A DNA stretch of 64,000 nucleotides, taken from the NCBI GenBank assembly GCA_964187785.1, contig OZ076409.1, positions 44,518,001 to 44,582,000 of the forward strand, written 5' to 3'. The translations under genes and the position numbers were made by a program. Positions 26,675 to 37,990 of the stretch are shown here, piece by piece. This DNA comes from Amphiscolops sp. MND2022. Lineage: Eukaryota. The notes beneath the pieces are model-generated. The model was given only the letters and a program-made list of their open reading frames with translations, did not search any database and was not told where the DNA came from. Every line of letters begins with the position of its first letter. The stretch's first letter is position 1.

Positions 26675-27457
26675 TTTGACGGTTAAAACTTCGGTTGATT
26701 ACCCTGATCCGTCGTAAACTTTTCTGAATGGAATTCCGCTGACAGTTAATCGCCTTTGATAACTTGATGTTTACCCCTCATCAGCATCAACATCAAAAGA
26801 GGTGTGAATAGCACTTAAGCTATTAATATCAAATACACCCGTCTCAAGTGGGTAATTAACGGGCCGCTCGAAGGTAATTAACGGCTCGCGACACCAAACC
26901 TTATCAAAATGGCTTCAGCCAATCAGAATCGTCCATCAATAAAATGAAAAATGAATAAATGAAATGGCGAGAATAATAATTCTAAATAACTCAAAATGGC
27001 GAAATTCTAACTAAAGGTAACTAAGATAGCGGAACAAAGCGGCAAAACAAAACACGGCAAACGGCCATAATCGCCCTCTAACTAAATAAGCTGTAAGTAA
27101 TGTAAAATCCTTGTACATTTCGCTGGCAGACTCCATGTACAATTTTAAATATGTAGATAATCGCATAATATTAGTTTGGTAATTTCTTCAGCCACGAACT
27201 CCAACTTTTCAGTTCCATTATACCTTTATTCCAATTCCATTTATATTTCAATTGTTTCTTTACTTGGATTCATCCACTCGACACTCGTCTCTCACTGTCT
27301 TCAACTCTGTTGCCGACTCTTCCCTCTCAGAGTATTCCAGGTTCCCTTCATTCCGTTCCTCTTGGGCCTCCTCTCTAACAGCAGTCGTGTTCGGCCAATT
27401 TCCTCACCATTCTGAATCCCAATAGGACTATTGCCCAGTCGACGCAGAATCAACTAC

Positions 27458-30400
27458 ATGTCTCAAAACACAGGTGTGTCTGGGTTTTATTTTGAACTAA
27501 TTCAACTTGATCAAGGTCGAATTTTGTTCATATTCGCTTCCTGTTTTCCTTCGTAAGCCACGTTTAACACGTTTCTATCAATTTTTCAAAACACGTCCGG
27601 AAGATTTCAAAAGCGGTAAAATGGATTTTTTTCCAAGGAAGCACACCGCCAAATTTTCGTTTAGAAAGCATTCCGGAAGAGGATGAACAAACACCAGAAT
27701 CTACCAGTGCCGGTTCTGTGAGCATTATCTGCAGTCAACCGACAACGACCGCCACAGGGATTGAGCCCTTAGAGTCCCCTTTAAGTGTTGAAAGCGAGAC
27801 TGATGTAAAAGCTTTCGCAGAAGCAATGGTCCAGATTATGGAAAAGGCTCAATCTCCCATCCCTGAGGAGACTAGTCAAGAACAATCGGGTAGCAGCAAA
27901 CAAGTAGAAGGCTTTGAGCTAGAGGCCAATCTGAACGACACCAAAGACCGCAATCTGACAAGTACCCCTGTTCCCGAAGCCCAAACTGTTGGAGAAAACG
28001 CTAGTTCTACTTCCCTTGAGGCCAGCCTCCAGATTGCTCCCTCATCCAGAACTCAATTGACTGAACTACTTCCTGTCCAGACCAGTGATGAATTGGGTGA
28101 AGTTGGTGCCCATCACCAACTAGAGGACGATATTTCTTCTTCCCTTCATGATGCCCCCCACTGCCTGATGGGGTCAGTGTTGTCAGATACCTGAGTGACC
28201 CAAGTGAAGGCGGACAGTCCGAGGATAATGAGGGTTCTCGAGTCCCTCTCTTGTATGCAGGTATTCCCCAAGGCTTAGAATCTGGAACCGAAGGCGGGGA
28301 CGAATCACATTCTGACTCCCAGCATGGTGATACTAGTTTACCTGGCACCTCCGCAGGCCGAACAGGGTTCAAACTCCACGAATTGTCAGGCCAGAGCCGA
28401 GACTTACTTAAGGAGTACTTCGAAACAACTGAGCTGTTTTGATTACTCCTTGGACACCCGACAGTGGCTTTCTTGGAGACCCAACAGTACAACCTCCTGC
28501 GGATCCTCACTAATGAGACCTTGAGTCCTACCTATAACACCATGGAAAAATAGTGTTGGATGCTGTAAAAGGACAACCGACCACCTCGCAATCCCGCACT
28601 GACCATTTTCGATCCAGGGCGAGATCTCAAACCCCCGCTCGAGGGGCACGGAGTGATTCCAGCTTTGAGACAGAGTCAGATTCGGAGGTTTCTGGGCGTC
28701 CCCTCCCCGACGAGGGTCGCTAGAAGGGGTCACTAGTTGTGAGGAGAGTGATGGAGCAACCGAAATGGCACTCATCTCAGCTACATTCCAGAAATTGATC
28801 AATGTGGGCCCTTTGACTTCAGCCGGTGGAAGTCAGCCCGCGATCGTCTCCCCTGATGAGGCCGGAACTTCAGGGATCACCAGTCAAGACGTTACCCTAT
28901 CTGAAATCCGCGATCAAACTCGGTCAGGAAAATGTCAGGCCTCCAGCTAAAAGGCTAAAGAAAACCAGGAAGATATCTCACAGAGGCGTACCGATGCGGG
29001 AAGAGTTCTTCCGAAAGATCGGTTGGACGAGGTCTTTCATTTCCGGTCCTGCTGACCCGTTACATAACCCTCTCATGGTTTGGTGTCATGTTTGTAAGCG
29101 CTACTTCTTTATCGAGACCAAAGGGACTCTTGAGATACTGCGCCATCATCGGACTGAGAAGCATTTGCGGCGGTACCAAAGGTGGCGCTACGAACACCTC
29201 ATAACAGTTGATCCAAATACTAAAAGGGTCCAACACCGGGTTCGTGGATGATATGGGAAGCTTCTCTACAAGTTGAAACTAGCTGACGAATTACCCAAGT
29301 TCATTCACGCAGAACTTGTTGACATTAGAGAGAGGTTTCCCTTTTATGATGATTTCATGAAAGGACACACAACTGCTGTAGTCAACCCTGAAGCTCGAGC
29401 TCAAACCCAGATTTGCATTGTAGCTGACTTCATCAAGACTCAGGGCGATCTGTCAGTCCTTCGCAATTTATGGTCTCGAGTCAGTTCTTTTACAAATTAC
29501 CAGGCTGCTTTATGTGACTTCGATTGGGGAGAAGAAAGGCTCACTGTAAGTATTTCCATATGCGTTTTACCTGATCGTTTTAGGGTTGGTTTTCGCACTT
29601 ATTTTTCTTTATGTTTAGGCTTCCAACATTACTTCAACCGAGCTATGGAAGACATTGCTGAGCAAATCTCCTAAGAGCAGAGTTTTTCCATAGAATTTGA
29701 GAAGCGAAAATCCTTCCGCTTCATGTCGGTGCGGTTTTGGAAAGGCAATGATTTATGCCATGTCTTTGTGTGTCGAAGCGCCCTTCCTACTGCAGATCTA
29801 ACTGGAGAATTAGGGTGTCTAGCCCGTTTGCCCTCTGTCACTTCCACCCAGGTTGACATCGTTGCTTGCTCGGGACATCCCGTAGGCTTGATTCAGACCA
29901 TCAATCACTCAAGCGTTTTCAGCCGAGGAGTCCAGCATTGCTTCAGGTTCGACAGTCTCGACCTCCCTCCCTTAATGCACAAGCAGAGCTACTCCGTCTT
30001 TGGGAAGATCGATTTCTTCTCCGTCTTGCGTGCATTGTTGATCTCCCTTGGCAACTCACAAGGTGAAACATGGACTTTGAAGTCACCAAACCTCAGCAGG
30101 GTAAGTTCATTGTAAGGAGTTTGGCTCACTGGGCGAAACGGGCTAAGAGTGGGAAGTCGGTAATGGGAAAGTTTCGTATTCAATTTGGTTTGTCCTTTTC
30201 AGGCCATCACAACTGGCAGCTTAAATCTACAAGAGGTACCTGATCTTTGCCGCGAACTGGTTGTCCATTGAAAGCAGGTTGGACAGTATCTGACGAAATA
30301 TGCCCCCAGACAAGAAGGGCAGGGAGTTTACACTCGAGTAAGTCTGATATTATAAGTTCTATTTCTTCGGTCTTCTGTCTGGTACCACGCTACCCGACTT

Positions 30401-31800
30401 TGAGTTTCGCCAGGCTTGGCCTTACTGGATGTGGTTTGTTGCAGGTACAGAGCTTCGAGTGGTCACTCATTTGTGACGAGTTCTTCATGGCCAATTTGGA
30501 GCTTTTCCGACTTCTTGTCAGTGACTGTTAGTAGTTTTCCAATTGTATTTGGCACCAAAACCATGTTTGCGCTGGATCATTTGTTTATATCTACAGATGT
30601 CACTAGTTTCTCAGTCAACTTGAGCCTAAGACGAGATTCGTCAATTTTTCTGTGTGGAGAAATGTGCAAGTTTATTCACAAACTATGCTTCCGATGTTAC
30701 ACCCCCGACACTTCTCCTCTGGAGAATGCCTGGTTAATCCTTCTTGCATTCAGGACCTCAGAAGGTAAAAACATGACGACAGAAGAGTTTCTTGCCCGAC
30801 AGAAGTTTACTAATAAGGTTAATACCGCTAGTAAGCAGAAATCAGAAGGGATCCACTCCGGGACTGGCGCCACCCCTGCTACCATTCAAAAGACAGCAGA
30901 CACGGTGAAAACTGATTTTGTAAACAGCGCCCTCCAGTACATTGGCTATTTGCTAGAGACTACTTTGCGTCACTCTGGGCTAATTTCCGACCATGTCAAA
31001 GGTCTTGCAGCCTTTGATCCGTTCAATCTCTTCAGGCGCCCTACTGAAGTTGCACTGCGGCACTTTGAAGCCTTATTCACCACTTTCCTTTCGCGTTCCT
31101 GGGTGACTAGTGCAGATGAGCCTTCTTCTCGTTGTGAGTATCTTGAACTCTTGGATCACCTTCGCACTACGTATCCTCCGGATTTTGACTTCTTAGAGAC
31201 GTCACGAGACCTGATTGAGTTTCTGATAGGACTCGAATTCCTGCGAGAACGATCTCGTCTCCTGTACCTATTCAAGCTTTGTTGTCTTTGCGTTACCAGT
31301 AGTAGTTCTTCGGGAGTATTAATACATCAGACTTCAAAGGGCGTTTTACTGATGTAGCCTTCCATCTCAAAGTTATATGGTTGTGGTACATGATTCGATT
31401 GCTCACTGCAGTAATGGATGACAGTATGGCGAAGTTTTCCTTGCTGGCAGCTGAGTTCGGGCGGGCTGTGCTTGTCGACGAATATGACCCGTGGACGTAC
31501 GTCGATTCCTTCGGCCGTTCTCGCATCTACAAGTCTTTATTGTCTTCCTATAAAGCTGCTACCATTGCGCCTTCCGTTAGTGTCAGGACAGTAGAAGAGT
31601 CTAAGTTGGCGAGTGTTCTGGATAAGTCAGCCTTAACCATCCCCAGTAGTACCAAGAGAAGGCGTTCCGGTAGTGTTGGTTCCAGATCTACAACTTCTTC
31701 AGTGGGAAGCGCTCTGGACAAGGGCCCTCTAAAACTTATGTGTACATTTGTATTTATGTACACAGTCTTTAAACATTGTTCAATGTCCTGCGCTTTTCTG
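27458..31800 (+). pseudogene. Antisense, multi-exon gene inside Gypsy B: disordered acidic N-terminus, BED-like zinc finger, hAT/ZNF862-transposase-like body (several frameshifts and stops)
   Basis: In-phase splice ATGTCTCAAAACACAG|GT(27474)...AG(27637)|GAAGC; GTAAGT donors at 29546, 30101, 30338 with acceptors at 29618 and 30202; WCHVC..RHHRTEKH; FSIEFEK, VRFW, H*KQVGQYL, GLAAFDP, LFKLCCLC. Confidence 0.65.
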
Positions 31801-32019
31801 TAATTGTTATCTGCCCTTGTTAGTTTCTGCTATACTTGATCCCATGTTCATTTGTTTGTAAGGGATCTTTGTTGTGTTGCCCCTGTACTTCTTTTGTTCG
31901 AAGGGGTTTTCCGGCCGTCCCACTATTTATTCAAAAGATACTTTTTGGCCGGGGACGAAAAAAGAAAGATGAAAAGAAAAGCGAAATAACGCTCAATTTT
32001 GGACGAAATTCACTTCCTT

Positions 32020-35000
32020 TTAGTGTCTGAAGTCTTCTGAGTAGTTTGGATTAGTGTTAGGTCTGAGATTATATCTCCCACCTCTAGGACTCAGATTTTC
32101 ATTTCTATCATATTTTCTGATATTTGGGGCACGATATAATCATCCCCCCTGTTTGGAGAATTTTGTGCATCATTTTCATTCATCCGATTTCTTTCTGGAA
32201 AATTTTTATCCTTTTTCAGTCCTTCATAGATTTTCAGTCCTTCACGCTTCAACGAAGATTTTATTATTTTTGGGTAAACAGCCGGATTCTTCATTTCTAG
32301 TTGCTTCACTAGCTTCATTTCTCTTAGTGACGTCATCAATTAATCGTTCATTCCGGCTGTGCGCCGTGCGGTCAGCGTGATTTATTTCGTCTCTCGTGAT
32401 TATGTAATCCGCATCATTCTCGTGTGCGTCACTTGAATTCGTTTCTGCCGCATTCGGCCGTTCGCCATTTGGCAAGCTAGTCGGAATAGGTTCGGTGTCT
32501 TGTGTAACTAGCTGTTCACCAAAGTCTGATTCCCACGTTATAAGTCGTCCTGCGGAATGACAATTTCTTCGTCGGGCTGTAATCGCTGTTTTCGGAAATT
32601 GTCCTCAGGCGGTAGATTGGGAACAAACTTTTTAAGGCGAATGCGATGCAATATTTGAGTTTTATTTGTATTGATCTGTCGCACTATGTAATTTTCATTA
32701 GGTGACATTTTTTGCACTATAAATGGTCCAACCCATCGATAATCTCGAAATGGAATTTTTGATCCTTGATGATCCGGTTTCGGCTGTAATACGAAACAGT
32801 ATTCATTCTCCTTTAATGGAGCAGCTTTTGCTCTGCGGTCGTAATATTCTTTGTATTTGATATACGACTGCATGATGTTTTGTTTCGTTTTGTCAATCAA
32901 GATTTTTGTTCTGTTTTGGATTTCTTCAGGAAATTCGGCTGTTGGGTTGATCTGCTCGTTTGGATTATTTCCAAGCTTGTGATCCAAGACGTTGTATGGA
33001 ATTCTTCCATGGAACACTCTTGTCGGTTCACAACCGATACTGGCATGATAGCTGGTAATATGATTCAGGACTGCCAATGGCAATTATTTGTGCCATTGTC
33101 GGCGGTATTCTCCACATGCCATTTTGAGGTTTGTTTTCAATGAGGCATGAGTCCGCTCCAATTTCTCAAATGTTTGCGGATGCTTTGTCGTGGCGCATTT
33201 GAGTGTGATTCCCAAAATTTGCGTAATTTCCGCAATAATTGTGGAAGTGAATGCAGTACCTTTATCAGTAATAAGCGTCGTCGGTAGGTGTGAATGTTTG
33301 GTCATGATATCACCGTAAGAGGATAAGCGAATAGATATCCAGAGAATACATCAATTGCCGTTAGGACATTTTCATACCCTCCACTTGGGGGAAGATTCGG
33401 CAATAAGTCGATCTGCATGGCGTCCTCGGGTCCAAGGTCCCATTCCGGCAAGTTGAGCAGTTCAGGCGTAATTGTTGCATTAGGGACTTGTTTGTCTCTT
33501 GCGCACTGTTCACACCCTTCTACCCATTTTTTAACCAGTTTTGCCATGCTAGGGTAGTAATACCTCTGTCTGATTTTTTGCAACATTTTTGAGATTCCAG
33601 GATGTTTATGAGCTGTCCCATGTAGGGATTGAAGCAATTGCTGCAGTAGTTGTTGCGGGAGTAGAATTTGATGGTATTTTACATTGCCTTTTTCGTCAAA
33701 GTATTGCCTGGTCAGGATCTCGTCCTTGACCACAATTCGTTCCAAGTTTTTGGAGTAATGTCGATATCGGGCATCCTGTTGCAGTAGATTCTCAGGATGT
33801 TGCAGTAGAATTTTTTTCAAGGAAGTTCTGAACATTCTGCCTTTGAGGTTTGACGCCTTGTGAGGTGGTTGTTCTGCCGAGGAAGTCAATTTCCGTGGCA
33901 CCAAAATGACATTTGTGCATTGTCAATTTAAGGCCTGCCTCCTGAATGCATTTAAATGTTGCTCTCAGGTTGGCGATCAGGTGATCAGCATCGTTGGCTG
34001 CGATGCCGATATCGTCCACGTACTGATCCGCTTTGATGACTTTGTCAAGGTATTCCCTCATGAAGCTTGAAAAAGCGGACAGTGACCGACTAAGGCACTG
34101 TGCCAAACGTAGGTAGGCGAATATGCGGCTTGCAAAGTTGAATGCTAACATTTCGATTGAACGTTAGTCAGCCATCTGAAGGCAATGATACGCTTGTGAA
34201 CAGTCCGATTTGCAAAAGAGTTTCTTGCCTGCCATGTGCTGGGCAGCGTCGACTAGGGTACTGACTGTGTGATCATTGCTGATATAATCATCGGAGATTA
34301 GGTTGTTGATTTTTCTCAAGTCAACCAAGAGTCGCAGTTTCCCGTTTGGTTTCTCTTGTGCGAATATTGGGCTGGCAAATTTCGAAAATGGTAGGGTCGT
34401 TATAATTCCATGTTTATGGAGCATTGCTAGTTCGACTAATATGTCCTGCTTCAATTTTATTGGTGCTGGGAGGCTTTGGCTATAGGCTGGGGAATTGTCT
34501 TTAGGTGTGAGTTTTACCTTAAATTCCTCATTCATGCCTCTATCGAATCTGTGTCGAGCAAAGATGTCATGGAATTCCACTAATAAGTCTTCGATTTCTT
34601 CCTTGTCTTCAGAAATCAGAGTGGAGTCTTTCCAGTTGAAATTTACTAGGAACTTTGTCCGAGATTCTAGATCTTTTGTAGGATCAAGAGTCACCAGGTC
34701 CTGTAAGGCCTGTAACTCTCCCAAGATCCTTTTCTGTATTGGTGTATGTTCTTCTGAGTTGCCTGGGTTCTCCGGAGTAGGAAACCAGTAGTTTTCTTGA
34801 TTTTGCGGGTTTTCATTCGCTCTGATGGGACTGCTGACATAGTCAGCCGCTTGCTCTTGGTCCTGTTGTAGGAAATGCCAGGTTGATGCCGGGTCTATCG
34901 GTTTGACGTATTTCATTTGTTCCGGCGTCATGACAGAAAAATTGGCAAAATGAAGTCTTTTTTTTAAGTTGGTAGGGGTGGTCCGTGAAATTGTTCACTG

Positions 35001-35600
35001 GTATCAGTATGTTGCCATCATTCAGAGTAACCAAGGGTGGACAAAATGTGATGTCCCCTTCTTCATGTAGAAAGTCACTTGGTTGTAAAATGCCTGTAAC
35101 AGCATTCTCAGGATACAGTAAGGAGTTGGTCCTGATTAGGACTTTGTCATTTGGCGGAATGGTTATCTCAGTGGGGTTGAGAATCGGCTCTAGTACGTTG
35201 GAGTATTTGTGGTCAGCTGTTTTCAGCTGCATTGAAAAGAACGGGAAATTCAGTATTCCTTGCCTCATGTCCAGCACTGTATGATTTCTCTGAAGGAACA
35301 TTAGTCCAATAATCGGTCCTGTCAAATGATCCATTACTATAAAAATTTCGTGAAAATCAATGTCACCAACTTCAATTTGAGCTTTATCGTACTCTTAGGA
35401 GTCTCTAGTTGCCTGTTTGCGACCATGATTTGAAAATTCGGAGGTGGACCTTCCCGGATAACGGATTGTGGAGATTGGAGGCGGATTTTCCGGAGGCCAT
35501 TTCTGGGATTGCACTGGATAGTGCCCCAGTATCAAATAGTCCATCTATGGTCAATTCCCCCAAAATCCATTGGGAAATAGAGCATGCGTTTTTTAGATTT
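32020..35600 (-). pseudogene. pol: Gypsy B pol: aspartic protease, RT, (RNase H deleted), integrase; frameshifted
   Basis: GLFDTGALSSAIPE (~35530); RT SPIFAQEKPNGKLRLLVDLRKIN and QYVDD; integrase zinc finger H..AHKHPG...CEQC, QIDLL, ITDKG, ERTH, WVGPF; C-terminal YNLRP and stop at 32020. Confidence 0.93.
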
Positions 35601-36185
35601 TAGGATAATGTTGGTTGCCAGGTATTCAGTCTGGTTCGCCGTCTTTGGTAATGAGGATATTTTGGAATTGTTTTTCGTCTAATAATGGTTGTGCGGTTGG
35701 TTCAGCATAGGTTTCAGTATTCTCGGTTCCCAAGGGGTTTGGGAACACCGGATGGTTTATACCATCATTCATTTGTCAATTTTCAATTAGCGCTCTGGTT
35801 TTCTTCTTGTGGGTAATTGGAGAATTTTCGTGTGCTGTCTTGTTGTAGTGTTCGATGTCATCTAGGACATACTGGAACTGTACCAGGTCTTGATTGTATA
35901 GTTCAGTGTCCCAATAAGGATCTCGTCCATAATCTGGGTCAATGTACGTAGGGTTATAGTCATTTACCAGGGAAATGGGCCTGAATGGGGTGGTAAAGGT
36001 AGTTGTATAATCAGAGTCCCAAACAGGAATTGGTTTCTGAAATAGATGGGTGTTATTGTAGGTAATAATGGTAGCTTTTTCCCTCTGCTGCTGCCAGACA
36101 ACAGAAGGATAGCCCATCAATTGTTGTTGGTAATTGTGAAAGTTTCTAGTTAGAGGGTCCGATTTGATGTATTGTCGGACTGATA

Positions 36186-37343
36186 CTAGGTGGTTGTATT
36201 GGAGTCGTGGCGAAGCCAGTTTTTTGACTCATCGTTGGAAGATGAGAATTGGGGATTGGACAATGTTGGCTTATTCTGAGGTTTTTGAGCTTTGGAATTT
36301 GGCTTGTTATCGTTTGAATCCTCGGATCTAGTGCGCTTGTGTTTAAGGTGAGCAGGTGCGCCTTGCCAGCATTGTTCTTCCGGATGGTTCTTCTTGCCAC
36401 AAGTCCCACACTCGGGGTAGGTTTTCTTCTGAGTGGATTGGCCTTGTTGGGCATCTTTCTCTTTTTTCTTTTTCAGCTTTTCACAATCCTTGACCAAATG
36501 GCCCTTTTCCTTGCAGTAGTTGCAAGTTATGTCCAACATTTGCCCTGTGGAAAGAGGAGTTTTGGGCTTAGAGGATGAGGAGGTCATTGTTGCCATGGGT
36601 AGGTCATCTGACTCCTCGAGGGCATTAAGCTCTAGTTCTCTCTCCAAATGAGCACCTTCTTCGTCACAAGAGCCGTTTTCTAATCTGGCCATAATGACTG
36701 ATCTTTTGAGTTTGGGGGGCAGTTTTGCGTACAGGAGACTGTCAATCATTTTTTGTGCGTGGTCTCTGAACGCCTTTTCTGCGCCTTGATTCAGTTCTTC
36801 AAGGAAGTCTGGTAACTTCATTGTGTTGGGGTCGAAGACCAGGCGGCGCCATTTATGTTTGGTAGTCGCCTGAGATTCAGATTTGACATATTTACGTCGG
36901 AAATTGACTAATACGTTCTCAAGAGTTTGTCTGTTGGCTGAGCTGATGTTTCTGAACGCCTGGAGAGCGTTTTTTCTCAAGAGTGACCGAAAATGGTTGA
37001 TTTTCATCTTCATCTGTTCTGGCTGCATCTTGATCATGGTATGAAAGAGATCCTCGAACAACTCAAACTTCTCACTTTTGCCGTCAAAGGTCTTGGTATT
37101 AGAGTTGTTGTATGGTCGTAAGGTGAGTTGTTGGGCTGTTGGTTGATTCTGCATATTGGTCAAGACGTCTGCCAATCTGCTAATTGAATCAGGTTCGACA
37201 GCCGTGGCGATTCTCTCTTGTGCTGGGATCGTCGTGTCCAGATTGATGTCCTCATAGGACTGACTGAGATGTTTTCGAGATGGTATACGTCCCGTGAGAA
37301 ACTCAGGAACTGGATTTGGAGATTCGTTTTCTCCTGTCACCAT
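36186..37343 (-). CDS. gag: Gypsy B gag (capsid plus two CCHC knuckles), part downstream of the LTR
   Basis: 385-aa ORF with CNYCKEKGHLVKDC and CGTCGKKNHPEEQC; directly upstream of protease/RT. Confidence 0.92.
   Translation of the reverse strand: MVTGENESPNPVPEFLTGRIPSRKHLSQSYEDINLDTTIPAQERIATAVEPDSISRLADVLTNMQNQPTAQQLTLRPYNNSNTKTFDGKSEKFELFEDLFHTMIKMQPEQMKMKINHFRSLLRKNALQAFRNISSANRQTLENVLVNFRRKYVKSESQATTKHKWRRLVFDPNTMKLPDFLEELNQGAEKAFRDHAQKMIDSLLYAKLPPKLKRSVIMARLENGSCDEEGAHLERELELNALEESDDLPMATMTSSSSKPKTPLSTGQMLDITCNYCKEKGHLVKDCEKLKKKKEKDAQQGQSTQKKTYPECGTCGKKNHPEEQCWQGAPAHLKHKRTRSEDSNDNKPNSKAQKPQNKPTLSNPQFSSSNDESKNWLRHDSNTTT
37331..37342 (-). promoter_or_regulatory. Primer binding site of Gypsy B (TGGTGACAGGAG)
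   Basis: Immediately follows the LTR end ...TTCACGACA (37343); absent after the other LTR copies. Confidence 0.85.
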
Positions 37344-37990
37344 GTCGTGAACATTATAACTAGGGAAATCACCATTTTGGTGACCTTCGTCCTGTTCATT
37401 TCTCGAATTGTTTCAAGCATTTAGATTACGTTCTACTTCGGGATTAATTTCCGGTTTCTTAACTGGAGCGTCCCATCCAGTTTGAAAAAGCTTTTTTTTG
37501 CCTTTTCACGATAAATTTGTGCATTGTTCGAAAAAATATCGGTGTTCTGTTTTGAGAAATACTTTGGGTAGCCTGTTGTGTCGACGTGGAACTCCATGAA
37601 ATCCTAATCCCTGCCACAATTCAAAGACTGAACAAAAAAGTGAATCACTGGATGAAGTTTGGAAAACCTTGTTTTCTTTGGCTTGATTTGTCATCCAAGA
37701 ACTCCAAATGTTTCATCGCAAAAACGTGGAAAATCCTTTCTGGCTTGGTCGTTTAGTTCTGTTGGTGTTTGATTTTTTCAAGAGTTCAAACAAGTTCACA
37801 AAAAATGCCTGAAGTAGTCAAAATATGGAGTTTTATCTGTTTATGGGGTAGTTTCGAGCCATTCTTTTAACAAAAAAACATCAAAATGCTCTTGGTAACA
37901 GCGTAATTAGATAGCTCGCTGGACAGTTATTGAACGCAAGAGACTTTCTTAAGAGATGCTATGTTTTCAACCATTCGGAAGCAGTACAGA

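Larger units (their letters stand above)
24061..37478 (-). mobile_element. Large Gypsy (Ty3/Metaviridae) LTR retrotransposon, family B, defective
   Basis: Partial 5' LTR (37343-37478), PBS, gag, PR-RT-IN order, ~6 kb extra region, 3' LTR. Confidence 0.9.

Noticed and set aside
25740..31800. env gene in the 3' region of Gypsy B
   Set aside because: No signal peptide, furin site or C-terminal transmembrane anchor in the sense ORFs; the long gene is antisense and looks nuclear (zinc finger, basic patches).
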